From Octopus vulgaris (Eukaryota), in assembly GCA_951406725.2 (NCBI GenBank), contig OX597833.1:7874001-7938000 (forward strand): 64,000 bases of DNA, in the 5' to 3' direction. The notes under the pieces are model-generated. The model searched no databases, was not told where the DNA came from, and worked only from the letters and a program-made list of their open reading frames with translations. The translations under genes were made by a program, and so were the position numbers. Below, piece after piece: positions 14,891 through 27,272 of the stretch. Numbering within the stretch: the first letter of the stretch is position 1; the number at the start of each line of letters is the position of its first letter.

Positions 14891-14988
14891 ATCTACGGAC
14901 GTACGTTTCGAAATCAAGTTTTTAGGAAAGCATAAGAATTAAATATTAAATAATTCTATAAAGAACTTCTTTTCTCTTCAGCGTATAT
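14891..14988 (-). ncRNA. Type I hammerhead ribozyme motif with extended stem II
   Basis: Minus strand: auaUACG-CUGAAGA-GAAA..~57 nt (AAGUU/AACUU, AGAAUUA/UAAUUCU pairings)..UUUC-GAA-ACGUACGU-C-CGUAgau. GUC triplet and palindromic helix III. Part of a ~280-bp insert (14708-14984) between TA repeats. Confidence 0.75.
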
Positions 14989-15008
14989 ACATATTGTATG
15001 TATATACA

Positions 15009-15575
15009 CAAGGTGTTCAAAACGCCTCCCCGCAGCGAATGTTTTGAAGACGCCATCAACACCGACGAGAGATATTTGCTCAGATATCGTCCATCCATTT
15101 GTAGGTCAACTCACTGAAAGCGAAAGTAACAACACATACTTTCCGCAAGATGGAGCTACAGCTCATACTTGGCGCATCACCATGGCACTACTTCAAGAGT
15201 TTTTCGGTGAACAGATTATTTCAAAGAGACTTTGGCCGCCAAGATCTCCAGATTTAACACCGCCAGACTTTTGTTTCTGGGGAGCAAGTAAAGGATCAGT
15301 GTACAAGAATCGCCCGAAAACCATTAATGAGCTAAAAGACGCAATCATAACCTTCACGCGGTCCATACCGCATCAGACTCTCCAAAATGTATTTCAAAAC
15401 ATGTGGAGAAGAATCAGCTTATGTATTGGAAGTGAAGGACGACACTTTGAACGCTTCTTATAAAGTTTTTTTTTCATTCTAGTAAAGTCTAAATTATTCT
15501 TTTGTAGTCGTATGCTATCTTAAAGATATTTATTTTGCAATAAAATACTTACTGCGAAGAATCTTTTTGAATACC

Positions 15576-15578
<3 letters not shown>
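15009..15578 (+). mobile_element. Internally deleted Tc1/mariner element with rosa-like transposase C-terminus
   Basis: Imperfect TIRs CAAGGTGTTCAAAA / TTTTGAATACCCTG. ORF 15044-15463 has QDGATAH..WPPRSPDLTPPDFCFWG..K..VY. Confidence 0.85.
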
Positions 15579-15659
<81 letters not shown>

Positions 15660-16454
15660 TTCTCCGGAAGTGAGATTAATTGAGATCGTGCGAAATGAGC
15701 GGAAACCAATTATATGTGAGACGAGACATGATAAACGATTGATATACACATTATATACACATGCATACTTTTAAATTTCCTTTTATATATGTGTGTATAA
15801 TAGAGTATAGAAGAACAATATGGCAGGGTGTTGGTTAAGATGTCCGTTTCGCAAATACGAGGTTTTAGGTTCGATCTCATTGCGGAGCATCTTGGGCAAA
15901 AGTAATTTTATAGTCTCAGGTCGACTGTAAAGAAGAAACCTTCCGACCGAGTGGATTGTACTCGAATTCGGAACGTACATCCATGTCATGCACGGTGCCA
16001 TGATGACTCTGTCTGAGAAGTACGTTAAGAGTGCACGTGTCTGTGGTGTATTCAGCCAGTTACACGTTAACTCTGAGCCAATTGGTTCAGTTGTTCGGAT
16101 AAATGGATCCTCGTCGTTGAACGACGGAGATTCATCACCATCACCACAATAGAGAATAAATGGTGGCGTGGTTAAGGCAGGTAAGTCTGTGAGGTTAAGG
16201 AGTTCGACAGGTAAATACGTGGCTTCGTGGCTTCCATCGCATTTCGCGACGTTTCACGACGAGAGTCTTCGATCACAGTTCCAAGTCCACCAAAGCCTTT
16301 TGAGTGGCTTTGGTTGACAGGAACTCTGTGTAAAACTGAGAGAAGGACCTTTTCTGTTCTCGGGGTGGCGGGTAGATTTGATCAGTCCACGGATTTATTA
16401 CCATCTCCTCGTTCTTGGGTACCTTTAGTGGTGGTAGAGGGTTTACTCAGTTAG

Positions 16455-16768
16455 AAGCACTCCGTCGGTTACGACGTCGAAAGTTCCAGTTGATCCGATC
16501 AACGAAACAGTCTGCCCGAGAAAGTAATGTGCAAGTAGCTGAGCACTCCACAGACACGTGTGCTCTTAACGTGGTTCTCGATGAGATTCAGTGTGACAAG
16601 GCTGGCCCCTTTGAATTACTGGTACTACTAATTTTTGCCAGCTGAGTGGACTGAAGCAACGTTAAATAAAATGTCTTGCTCAAGGACACAATGCGTAGCC
16701 GGGAATTGAACTCACGACCTTACAACCGTGGGCCGAATACCCCTAACCACTAAGCCACGCGCCTTCAC
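16455..16768 (-). mobile_element. tRNA-derived SINE (family 3-related)
   Basis: Head GGCGCGTGGCTTAGTGGTTAG..GAGTTCAATTCCC followed by TGTGTCCTTGAGCAAGAC. Flanked by the direct repeat ACTCAGTTAGAAGCACTC (candidate TSD). Relative at 39250-39533. Confidence 0.8.
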
Positions 16769-17183
16769 TCAGTTAGAAGCACTCAGGCAAAGTCTCTAGT
16801 TTGAAGATAACTTCCAACCTTCTCACCTCTCCTAGAGCGCCTAAAAGGAGTCAAAAACCTCTTCTTTCTTGACTGAGCCCTAAAAACCCTAAAACCGTTC
16901 CAGGGGTCAGACATCATTGAATTACTTCGCTGCATCGAGATTATGGAACATGAAACTCTGTAGAAAAACAGCTAAAATCCCTTAAAATAAGCAGAAGGAC
17001 GACTATTTTGAAAGGAGGAGGTGGAGTCGGTGCCATCAACCCCTGTACTTTTCTGATACTTTATGTTATCGATTCCAGAGAGATGTAAGACGAAGTTGAC
17101 CTCGATCGGGTTTGAACCCAAAACATACAGAGCCGGAATGAATCCCGCAAAGCATTTCTTCGACGCTGTAACGATTCTATCAA

Positions 17184-17261
<78 letters not shown>

Positions 17262-17263
<2 letters not shown>

Positions 17264-17381
17264 TGAGGCCATGCAGTGTAACAGCGTGTCGCTGCATCCC
17301 CCATTCGTTAGTTTTTCCTTACAAACAATTCCTGACGGCTGACCCCTTCGCACCACTCTGGCAACAACCCTCCAACACATG
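17262..17381 (-). repeat. Dispersed repeat abutting (GTA)n; second copy at 19469-19582
   Basis: Both copies begin exactly at the end of a (GTA)n array with ATGAGGCCATGCA.. and share about 120 bp. Confidence 0.8.
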
Positions 17382-18034
17382 CGTCTGTTTTTGTGCAGTC
17401 CTTGCTGGTGAGGGTTTTATAAGGCTGGAGTACGAGAATCCTACCTTAACCCCTTTTAGTCTCCTTTTTACGACATGCAGAGGAAACGTTGGGTCGAATT
17501 CTCTGGCACGCCTGTTCCCACTCGCTACACTTCTGCCGATCTATCAACAGAAAGTATTCTAATATGGTGGATAAATATCAATTTTTAGCGCAGAATAATC
17601 TCTTTCCTCTTGAGGTCGCTAGGTGCACAGAGAAATGTAGGTTGTTGCTTAATTAATAGAGAATAAATTAAAATTTTGAAAAACAGAAGCGTTGCAATAT
17701 TTTAAACTACGAGTTGTTTTGTACATTAAGGGCATTATGTAAAAATATACACGCAAATTAAATCAAATTTTCCATTTAAATAATATTTTAGAATGAAGGG
17801 TTAACAGATAAAAATTTATCGCAACAAGAAAATTCTGGAGAAGTTCCATTACAGAACGTAACCGATTTTGGTAAATTGAATTGGAGATTAGATTGAAGCC
17901 GATGGAACTGGGAATGGAGAAAGGTTCAAATAAAGATAAATATAACAAGTTCTGCCCTCAGGAATCCGGTTTGATTGGAAAAAAAATTCCATATTTCGAA
18001 GAAATAATATTAGGAATCAATTTGCAATTCATGG

Positions 18035-18101
<67 letters not shown>

Positions 18102-19289
18102 AAATTAGAGAGAAAAGAAAGAAAAAAAAAAGTGTTTTGAAACAAAAGTTTCTCAACAATTCTGAAATTGCAGAGAGGAATCAAGCAATTTATATTCCTG
18201 TCTTAATGTTGTGGAAGCGTTTGTAATCAGATAAACAAATTCTGGAAGTATTTGTCGATAGTCGAAATAATGTAGATGCAGGAATTGGTAGCGGTTGTGT
18301 TGGCGGGGGGGGGGGGGCAATGGGAAATGGAAATAAACCGGGTGGTGTGTTGTTAGAGTTGTTAGAGTGGTGGGGGGTAGAATGCGTTGCGGTATTTGTT
18401 TCGTCTCTTGGTACTTGAGTTCAAATTCCACCGAGGTCTGAGTAAATAAAAGAGTAGATAAAATATCAAACCAGATCAAAGGGGTGGTTTCGGTAGAGAG
18501 TAGGACAAAATATTTCGAACTATTTGCTTCGGCTTTTTACGTTGTGAGTTCAAATTCCACCGGCTTTAATTCCTTTGGGGTCGGTGAAATAAAGTACAAA
18601 AGTTCCATCGCTGGAATTTGTGTAACAATAACATCAATTGCTACACATCGAACTTTAAGAAAATCTTGCATATTTTTACCGTTCCACTCACAAATTGTCT
18701 TTGTAAAGTTCGTGTTAAAATCCTAGTTTCTGCAGGTTGTCGCTTAATCGAAGGCACCAATGATTATCGGAATAAATGTAAATTCATAGACAAGGTAGAA
18801 AAATAGAGAAGTTGCAGGTTTCGAAACAGTTATTCACAGACATCTTCGTTCTCGTTGATTTTGGACGAGATTCTCGCATCCTCAATGCAACTAAAGTCTG
18901 TGACAGTGCGTGACTTTTCCTTCTCCGTCCCAAATAATTATGTCAGATTTGTTGTTTGCACTTGATACAACTTTTGGTAGGAATATTCCACCAATATTCT
19001 TCGTGCTCTGCATGTATTCAATAACAGATGCGTTGTTTACATTTATCTCACGGCAGGATTTTTCATTCTGTAGATGGCATCACAGACTCTTTTAACAACA
19101 ACATCATGTCGTAATGGAAGATCGTATCTCGATGACATTTTTGCCCTACCATTGATAACAAGCGTTATGTCCTCCAAAAAAGATAGCATAATCAACATTT
19201 GTGGTTATATCTTAGAATTTTAAGGGCTTCGTGGCCCCGTTTGTTCACGAGATATTTTGGTGGTGGTGGTGGTGGTGGTGGTGGTGGTG

Positions 19290-19336
<47 letters not shown>

Positions 19337-19343
19337 TGTTGTT

Positions 19344-19469
<126 letters not shown>

Positions 19470-20066
19470 TGAGGCCATGCACTGTAACTGCGTGCCCCTG
19501 CATCCCCCATTCGTTAGTTTTCCCTTACAATTCCCGACGGATGACCCCTTCGCACCACTCTGGCAACAACCCTCCAACACATGGGTCTGATTTTGTGGAG
19601 TCCTTCCAGGTGAGGTCAGATCTGGCAAGGGTCGCCCTGGTTTCGTCAGTGGACAGAACACAACTCATGTGTAACGTCATGTACTTTGGGGCCCATTGAA
19701 GAAACCTCAAACCCTTCCACTGCAAAAGCATAACCTTCAAGTTGTGATGGGACGAAACGGTCGCGAGTCGAATCGAGGTTGCACTTCATGTTAATATTGT
19801 TATCTTTTTAAGTTCTCGGGAAATATATCCGCGTAAAGCTTTTGTGTGGTGTGTAGTGTTTCTCTTCCGTGACTTTTCTGAGATAGGTGAGTCCTGCACA
19901 TCTGAGATCGACAGAACAGTCACAGGAAGTGAATATTCCTTGAGGAGTCCACTTCCGACTCGCAGGATGCTGTTCAATCCATATTTAAACAGTTGGTTGC
20001 TGCATCTATTTTATCTGCTTTTGCTTAGCAGGTGCTTATGTATGTATATATGTATATACGTATATT

Positions 20067-20098
<32 letters not shown>

Positions 20099-20426
20099 TG
20101 TATGTATGTATGTATGTATGTATGTTTGTATGTATGTATGTATGTATGTATGTATGTATGTGTGTGTGTGTGTGTTTGTATGTATGTATGTATGTATGTA
20201 TGTATGTATGTATGTATGTATGTATGTATGTGTATGTGTGTGTGTGTGTGTTTGTATGTATGTATGTATGTATGTATGTATGTATGTATGTGTGTGTGTG
20301 TGTGTTTGTATGTATGTATGTATGTATGCATGTTTGTGTGTGTGTGCGTGTGTGTTTCTTTGGTTATTTTTCCCTCACCATAATTCCATCCAGTCATTAA
20401 CAAAGTTCCAAGGCTTTGAGTTGCTT

Positions 20427-20483
<57 letters not shown>

Positions 20484-20591
20484 TGTGTGTGAATAAACTT
20501 ATATTCTTGTTCTCTTAAAGGGCTTGTCGCGTTGGTATACAAGTGTATCCATACATAATATTTTTCATGCTTGTTAGTGCGGATGTATTCC

Positions 20592-20693
<102 letters not shown>

Positions 20694-20694
20694 G

Positions 20695-20746
20695 GAGCTT
20701 CTACAGGACTAGAACTGTTTCATTCAAAAGAAATCATCAGGAAGCT

Positions 20747-20747
<1 letters not shown>
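20695..20747 (-). ncRNA. Type I hammerhead ribozyme motif (family A), solo insert in (TA)n
   Basis: Minus strand reads GAGCUUC-CUGAUGA-uUUCuuuuGAAu-GAA-ACAG-uucuaguc-CUGU-A-GAAGCUC. This gives a 7-bp helix I, intact core, 4-bp helix III and a GUA cleavage triplet. Confidence 0.85.
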
Positions 20748-20783
<36 letters not shown>

Positions 20784-20786
<3 letters not shown>

Positions 20787-21021
20787 GGATGGCCAAAAGT
20801 CACCCGACAGTAAATCAAAATTCCATAAATACTGAATCTGCAATTCTGTATTCTGAGTCGAATGGGAAAATATGTCATCCAAGAAGGACTTCAGTTTGAA
20901 CAATTTCTACGATGTTGCATATTTAGATGCTTTTATCAAATTCCTTCAATTGTTAAACATAAATAAATCTTGGAATTAAAATGGTTTTGATTTACTGCCA
21001 GGTGACCCTTGGTCAACCTCG
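20784..21021. mobile_element. Tc1/mariner MITE
   Basis: TA|CAGGGATGGCCAAAAGTCACC ... GGTGACCCTTGGTCAACCTCG|TA imperfect TIRs. Confidence 0.65.
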
Positions 21022-21732
21022 TATATGACTGCGTGCATTCGTTCGGTCAGGAACCTCAGAAAGAGAATCACTGAAACACTTTACAAACTTTCTCTCTAAT
21101 CGATATCTCGCATGATGTGTATATAAATGTATATAAATGTATGTTTGTGAGTGTGTGCATGTATAAATATGTTTATGTATGACAGGGTCTAAGAATCTAA
21201 GTTCCATGTTCAAGTCTGGTCCATTTGTATTTTTTGCCCCGTCAATCCACGGTCGTTGAAACAGACATTTACCCAGAAAGCCCAAGGTATTCTCTGCTCC
21301 AACACCACAATCGCCGCCATCATCGTTTCTTCCAGACGACAACGTCGTATCAATCTCAATCACTCTCTTCTTCAAGGTCACGGGTTCAGTTCCACTGCGT
21401 GGCACCTTGGGCCAGTGTCTTCTAGTATAGCTTTGCCCTGACCAAAGCCTTGTGAGTGGATTTGGTAGACGGAAACTGAAAGAAGCCCGTCGTATATACA
21501 GGAGGGCGATGGGTGAACTGATGCCATTCTATATCTTTAATTTCGCGCATGCGCATTGTTTGTTTTCGATTTTGTCGACTACACATGGTGAAGTGGTTTA
21601 GGGGAAGTGGGAAAGGTCAGAGGGGAAATTAGGAAAGGAGATGAGGGGACAAGAGGGGAGCAAGTTCAGACGGGTAGGATCAAATACACATAGATACATA
21701 CATACATATATAAAAATATATATAATATATAT

Positions 21733-21793
<61 letters not shown>

Positions 21794-22305
21794 CATAGAC
21801 ATACATATACACACACATACCAACGTACACACGCGCATACATATACATACATATATACATAACATACGTACATACACCTCATCGATTTGCACCTACGCAC
21901 AGGATTAAGATCCTTCTCTCTCTTCTCTCCCCTGCTCCCTATCTCTATCTCTATCTCTCTTTCTTTCTCTTCGCTTCCCTCTCTCCTCCTCTCTCTCTCT
22001 CCTTCCCCTCTTTCTTACACTCGATCTATCTTATTTTTTCCCATTTACACACACACACACACACACACACAAACCCACATTTCCCTTCGTTCCTGTGCGT
22101 CTTCCGATATGTTCCTTCCAATGACACAAACCATTCGCTGACAGCAAAAAACACAATTTTCTAAGCCACATCTATTTTAATAAAGGTTATGAGTTGAGAA
22201 ATATTACTTTTATGATGTAATGGCTGAGATATTAAAAGAAGCGAAATTCAAGAGAATAAGGCAAATGTTACTGGGTGTAAAATTGCTGAGGTCTATGTTT
22301 GTATG

Positions 22306-22337
<32 letters not shown>

Positions 22338-22448
22338 GATATATAAATATATATCTATATATCTATATGTGTGTGTATACATATATATATATATAGATAG
22401 ATATATCTATGTGTGTATATATATATGTATATATATATACATATATAT

Positions 22449-22623
22449 GTAGGTCCCGGGTTGAGTCGGGGTTAACCACAGTAAATAAGGCACTCAATAC
22501 ATAGCAGAGTAAATTAATTTATTTTATAGAAGGAGCTTCTACAGGACTAGAACTGTTTCATTCGATGATTTCATTTGAATAAAACAGTTCTAGTCCTGTA
22601 GAAGCTCCTTCTATAAAATAAAT
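22449..22623 (-). mobile_element. PLE-type terminal fragment (family A), fold-back with disrupted hammerhead
   Basis: Near-identical to 25522-25722 in opposite orientation. Inverted repeat 22517-22623 with the pivot inside the ribozyme core, and one arm has GAAA>AAAA. Flanked by TA repeats. Confidence 0.75.
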
Positions 22624-22624
22624 A

Positions 22625-22688
<64 letters not shown>

Positions 22689-22953
22689 CATATATATATA
22701 TACATACATATATATATATAGGTATATATATATATCTAAAAAATTAACAGAATGAGATAAAAATCCAAGACTGTGAAAGATTTCAGAACATTTATCAAGA
22801 AAAAGGTCTTACAGCTGTTTCCGGGATATTTTATATTTATATCGGAGACGGTGTGAGAAAATGGTTAAGCAATTGTTATTCTAGAGAAGGTATGAAATAG
22901 AGAGTGAAATGGAGGAATGAAAATAGATGTGAGATATGCAGGGATATTGTATC

Positions 22954-23433
<480 letters not shown>

Positions 23434-23551
23434 CTATATATATGTGTATATATAAATATATATGTAAATATACATATACCAACATTCATAATATATAGGG
23501 TCGTGTATGTATGTGTATATATATGTACACACACACACACACATATATATG

Positions 23552-23616
<65 letters not shown>

Positions 23617-23618
<2 letters not shown>

Positions 23619-23957
23619 ATAAAACGGTAAGATAACAAAAGAAAGAAAGAGACCTCAATATTATGTAAATAGAGGAAATTTATCTATACAATATGTTACA
23701 TTACTCGGTAGTCAAGATAAAACTCTGAGTTTCAGATGCCCAAGTGGAAATCCACAACACCATCTCTTCGGTTATCTACTATTTGAAAACGTTATGAAAA
23801 ATACCGTTAAAATTTCCCTTCATTTTTAACGGTATTTTTTCATAACGTTTTCAAATAGCCAGATAACCGAAGAGATGGTGTTGTGGATTTCCACTTCGGC
23901 ATCTGAAACTCAGAGTTTTATCTTGACTACCGAGTAATGTAACATATTGTATAGATA
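23617..23957. mobile_element. Fold-back cassette (family C) in (TA)n with two hammerhead-like motifs
   Basis: Inverted repeat 23681-23957 (arms about 133 bp, short loop), unique tail 23617-23680, TA repeats on both sides. Confidence 0.75.
23861..23923 (+). ncRNA. Type I hammerhead-like motif with U4C core (CCGAAGA); mirror copy on - strand at 23715-23777
   Basis: AGAUAA-CCGAAGA-GAUG..(GUGGAuuUCCAC)..CAUCu-GAA-ACUCaGAGU-U-UUAUCU, with a 6-bp helix I. Confidence 0.7.
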
Positions 23958-23989
<32 letters not shown>

Positions 23990-24545
23990 CATATATACAC
24001 ATATACACACACACATACAGACAAATGTATATACATGTTTGTGTATGTAGATATATAGATATATTTATAGCGGTTTATTTATTGACAGAGACATTAAGTA
24101 TCGCCCAACGGTATATTCAGCCTATGATACACACACATACGCATATATGAGTGTACATGGTTTTTTGCATATGTGTATCTATATATGTAGATTCATAGAG
24201 TCCTAGTAAATATCCTGTTAATGAAATCCAGTGAGTTAAGTGAAAGCAAAGCATAAATACAAAAACTGACAGAGAAATAGACGAATTTAGGAGAGAATAT
24301 GTTATTGTATACGTTATAAGTGGATAAGATGACGTTTCGGAGGTTGGTCTTTTGTCAAATGAGAAGAAATAACATGCAGCAGAGTTCCGAGAATTAATAT
24401 GACAGAATGGGAGACGAAAAGTGGTGGAGTAAAAAAGTTGTTTTTGTGCAAAGAAGAGCGAACAGATACATGAGAAACGACCGTGACGTATGTGAGAATA
24501 AAAGTTAAGAAGATATGAAGTAATTTTTTTGTCTTTGTGTGTGAG

Positions 24546-24590
<45 letters not shown>

Positions 24591-24931
24591 ATGTGTGCTT
24601 CTCTCTCTTTCTGTATCACTATCTCTCCGTATGTGGTAGCTAGTGTAAAGATATGTGTAATGTGAGGTGAAAAAAGAATACGAGATATATGTGAGCGAAT
24701 ATGGAGGTAAGTTTGGGAGAAAAGTTGCGTGCGAGAAAGTGTTTGGGTACTTTACTTTTATTTATTGTTTTTTAATGTGAATAATATCTTGTGTGAGGGA
24801 TGGATATGGATAAGTGAAATGAAATATGGGTAGTGAGTGGGGGCAGGGATTTTGTGGATTTGCACGAGTTTTTGTGAGTCTGGGAGTGTGTGAAGGGTTG
24901 CTTGTATGCGTGAGGGATTGTGCGTGTGCTT

Positions 24932-24984
<53 letters not shown>

Positions 24985-25101
24985 ATGTGCGTGTCTGTGT
25001 GTGTATGCAAAGCTGCTTCACTATGCGCATGTTTTGTAGGGTGTGTAAAATACGTTGTGGGCCGGATGGCTTGTGTGTGTGTTTGCATGTGTGTGTGTTT
25101 G

Positions 25102-25149
<48 letters not shown>

Positions 25150-25202
25150 CGTGTGTGTGGGCATATGTGTACGTATCTCAATGGTGTAGTGTGCGGATGC
25201 GT

Positions 25203-25323
25203 GAGCGGGGCGGGAGCGGGGCGGGAGCGGGGCGGGAGCGGGGCGGGAGCGGGGCGGGAGCGGGGCGGGAGCGGGGCGGGAGCGGGGCGGGAGCGGGGCG
25301 GGAGCGGGGCGGGAGCGGGGCGG
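25203..25323. repeat. (GAGCGGGGCGG)x11 GC-rich minisatellite
   Basis: Eleven exact 11-bp units read directly. Confidence 0.95.
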
Positions 25324-25446
25324 CAGACGGTGAAGTCTTACCTTAGATTTGCGCGTGTTACCTGGATATTAATTAACTACTTACGTATATACCTATCAAT
25401 ATATATATATATGTGTGTGTGTGTGTGTATGTGTGTGTGTGTATGT

Positions 25447-25523
<77 letters not shown>

Positions 25524-25538
25524 TTATTATATAGAAGG

Positions 25539-25589
25539 AGCTTCTACAGGACTAGAACTGTTTCATTCAAGAGAAATCTTCAGGAAGCT
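25539..25589 (-). ncRNA. Type I hammerhead ribozyme motif (family A), left arm of palindrome
   Basis: Exact reverse complement of 25586-25636. The two share the self-complementary GAAGCTTC centre. Confidence 0.85.
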
Positions 25590-25636
25590 TCCTGAAGATT
25601 TCTCTTGAATGAAACAGTTCTAGTCCTGTAGAAGCT
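25586..25636 (+). ncRNA. Type I hammerhead ribozyme motif (family A), right arm of palindrome
   Basis: AGCUUC-CUGAAGA-uUUCucuuGAAu-GAA-ACAG-uucuaguc-CUGU-A-GAAGCU. An identical motif lies on the minus strand at 25539-25589. Confidence 0.85.
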
Positions 25637-25719
25637 CCTTCTATATAATAAATTAATTTTACTCTGCTATGTATTGAGTACCTTATTTACTGTGGTTAAC
25701 CCCGAATCAACCCGGGACC

Positions 25720-25753
<34 letters not shown>

Positions 25754-26180
25754 TATATATACATACATATATATTGATCCATTTTGTTGGTGCAGAGGCT
25801 GTAATCTCTCTCCTTCCCCCTCCTCCTCCCTCTCACTCTCTCTCTCTCTTCTCTCTCTCTCCTCTCTCTTTCTCCTCTCACCCTCTCTCTCCTCTCTCTC
25901 TCTTTCTCCCCCCCCTCTCTCTCTCTCTCCACCCACTTTTGCTTCTTTACAGTTTCTATTGTTGGAGCTTATCCTCCGCTCCTCCTCTTCATTTACAGAG
26001 AGCCCTATGGCTATACGCTCAGAAACGCACACAACACACACACACACACACACTCATACAGATACACAGGCACACACATATACAGAAACATAGGTACGTA
26101 TATAAATCTATACCTGTATACCCCATACGTACGTCTTATATCATTGATACGCACACACACACACACGTGTATATATACAT

Positions 26181-26227
<47 letters not shown>

Positions 26228-26228
26228 C

Positions 26229-26298
<70 letters not shown>

Positions 26299-26388
26299 AC
26301 GTTTGTGTGTTTCTGTGTGTATGTAATGTATATAAATAGAGATATAGTTGCATATATATATATATATATATATATATGTTTGTGTGTG

Positions 26389-26425
<37 letters not shown>

Positions 26426-26633
26426 GGGGTGATAGAGAAAGAGAAAAAGGCAAAGAGAGAGAGGGAGAGAGGGGGAGTGGGGAGAGTAGGCACATCTGTG
26501 TTAGTTATAATGGCGATGTTATTGTGAAATCCAGATTTCTGTCTAAGTCCAATCCACTCATCCTTATCACAGCCATGCAAATCGATCGGGGAGCAATCCT
26601 CCTTGTTTACTGCTTTCATCTTTGTATTACTCT

Positions 26634-26681
<48 letters not shown>

Positions 26682-26844
26682 AACACACACGAATGTATAC
26701 GCGCATCTGCACATGTAGGTACATACGCGCGTGCACGAGCACTCACCAACATACACGTACATACATACATACGTGCACATGCGTACAGATCCAAACACAC
26801 ACACACTTATATATATGTGTGTGTGTGTGTGTACGCATCAATAC

Positions 26845-26950
<106 letters not shown>

Positions 26951-26963
26951 ATATATGTATATG

Positions 26964-27038
<75 letters not shown>

Positions 27039-27190
27039 GTATTGATGCGTATACACAATCATATATACCAGTTTCTTGTCGCATACACAGTGTAGACTCC
27101 GCTTGTTCTGCTATCAACTCGGCCATTAACCGACATATACGTGTGTGTGTATATGTATATGTACACACATGCATATATATATACATATAC

Positions 27191-27272
<82 letters not shown>

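Larger units (their letters stand above)
25522..25722 (+). mobile_element. PLE-type terminal fragment (family A): perfect 132-bp palindrome plus unique tail, inserted in (TA)n
   Basis: 25522-25653 is a perfect inverted repeat centred at 25587/25588. The tail ends ...CCCGGGACCTACA then (TA)n, and the same tail occurs reverse-complemented at about 22449-22516. Confidence 0.75.

Noticed and set aside
25335-25365. Minus-strand donor-like AG|GTAAG next to the GC array
   Set aside because: A single short motif with no exon or ORF support.
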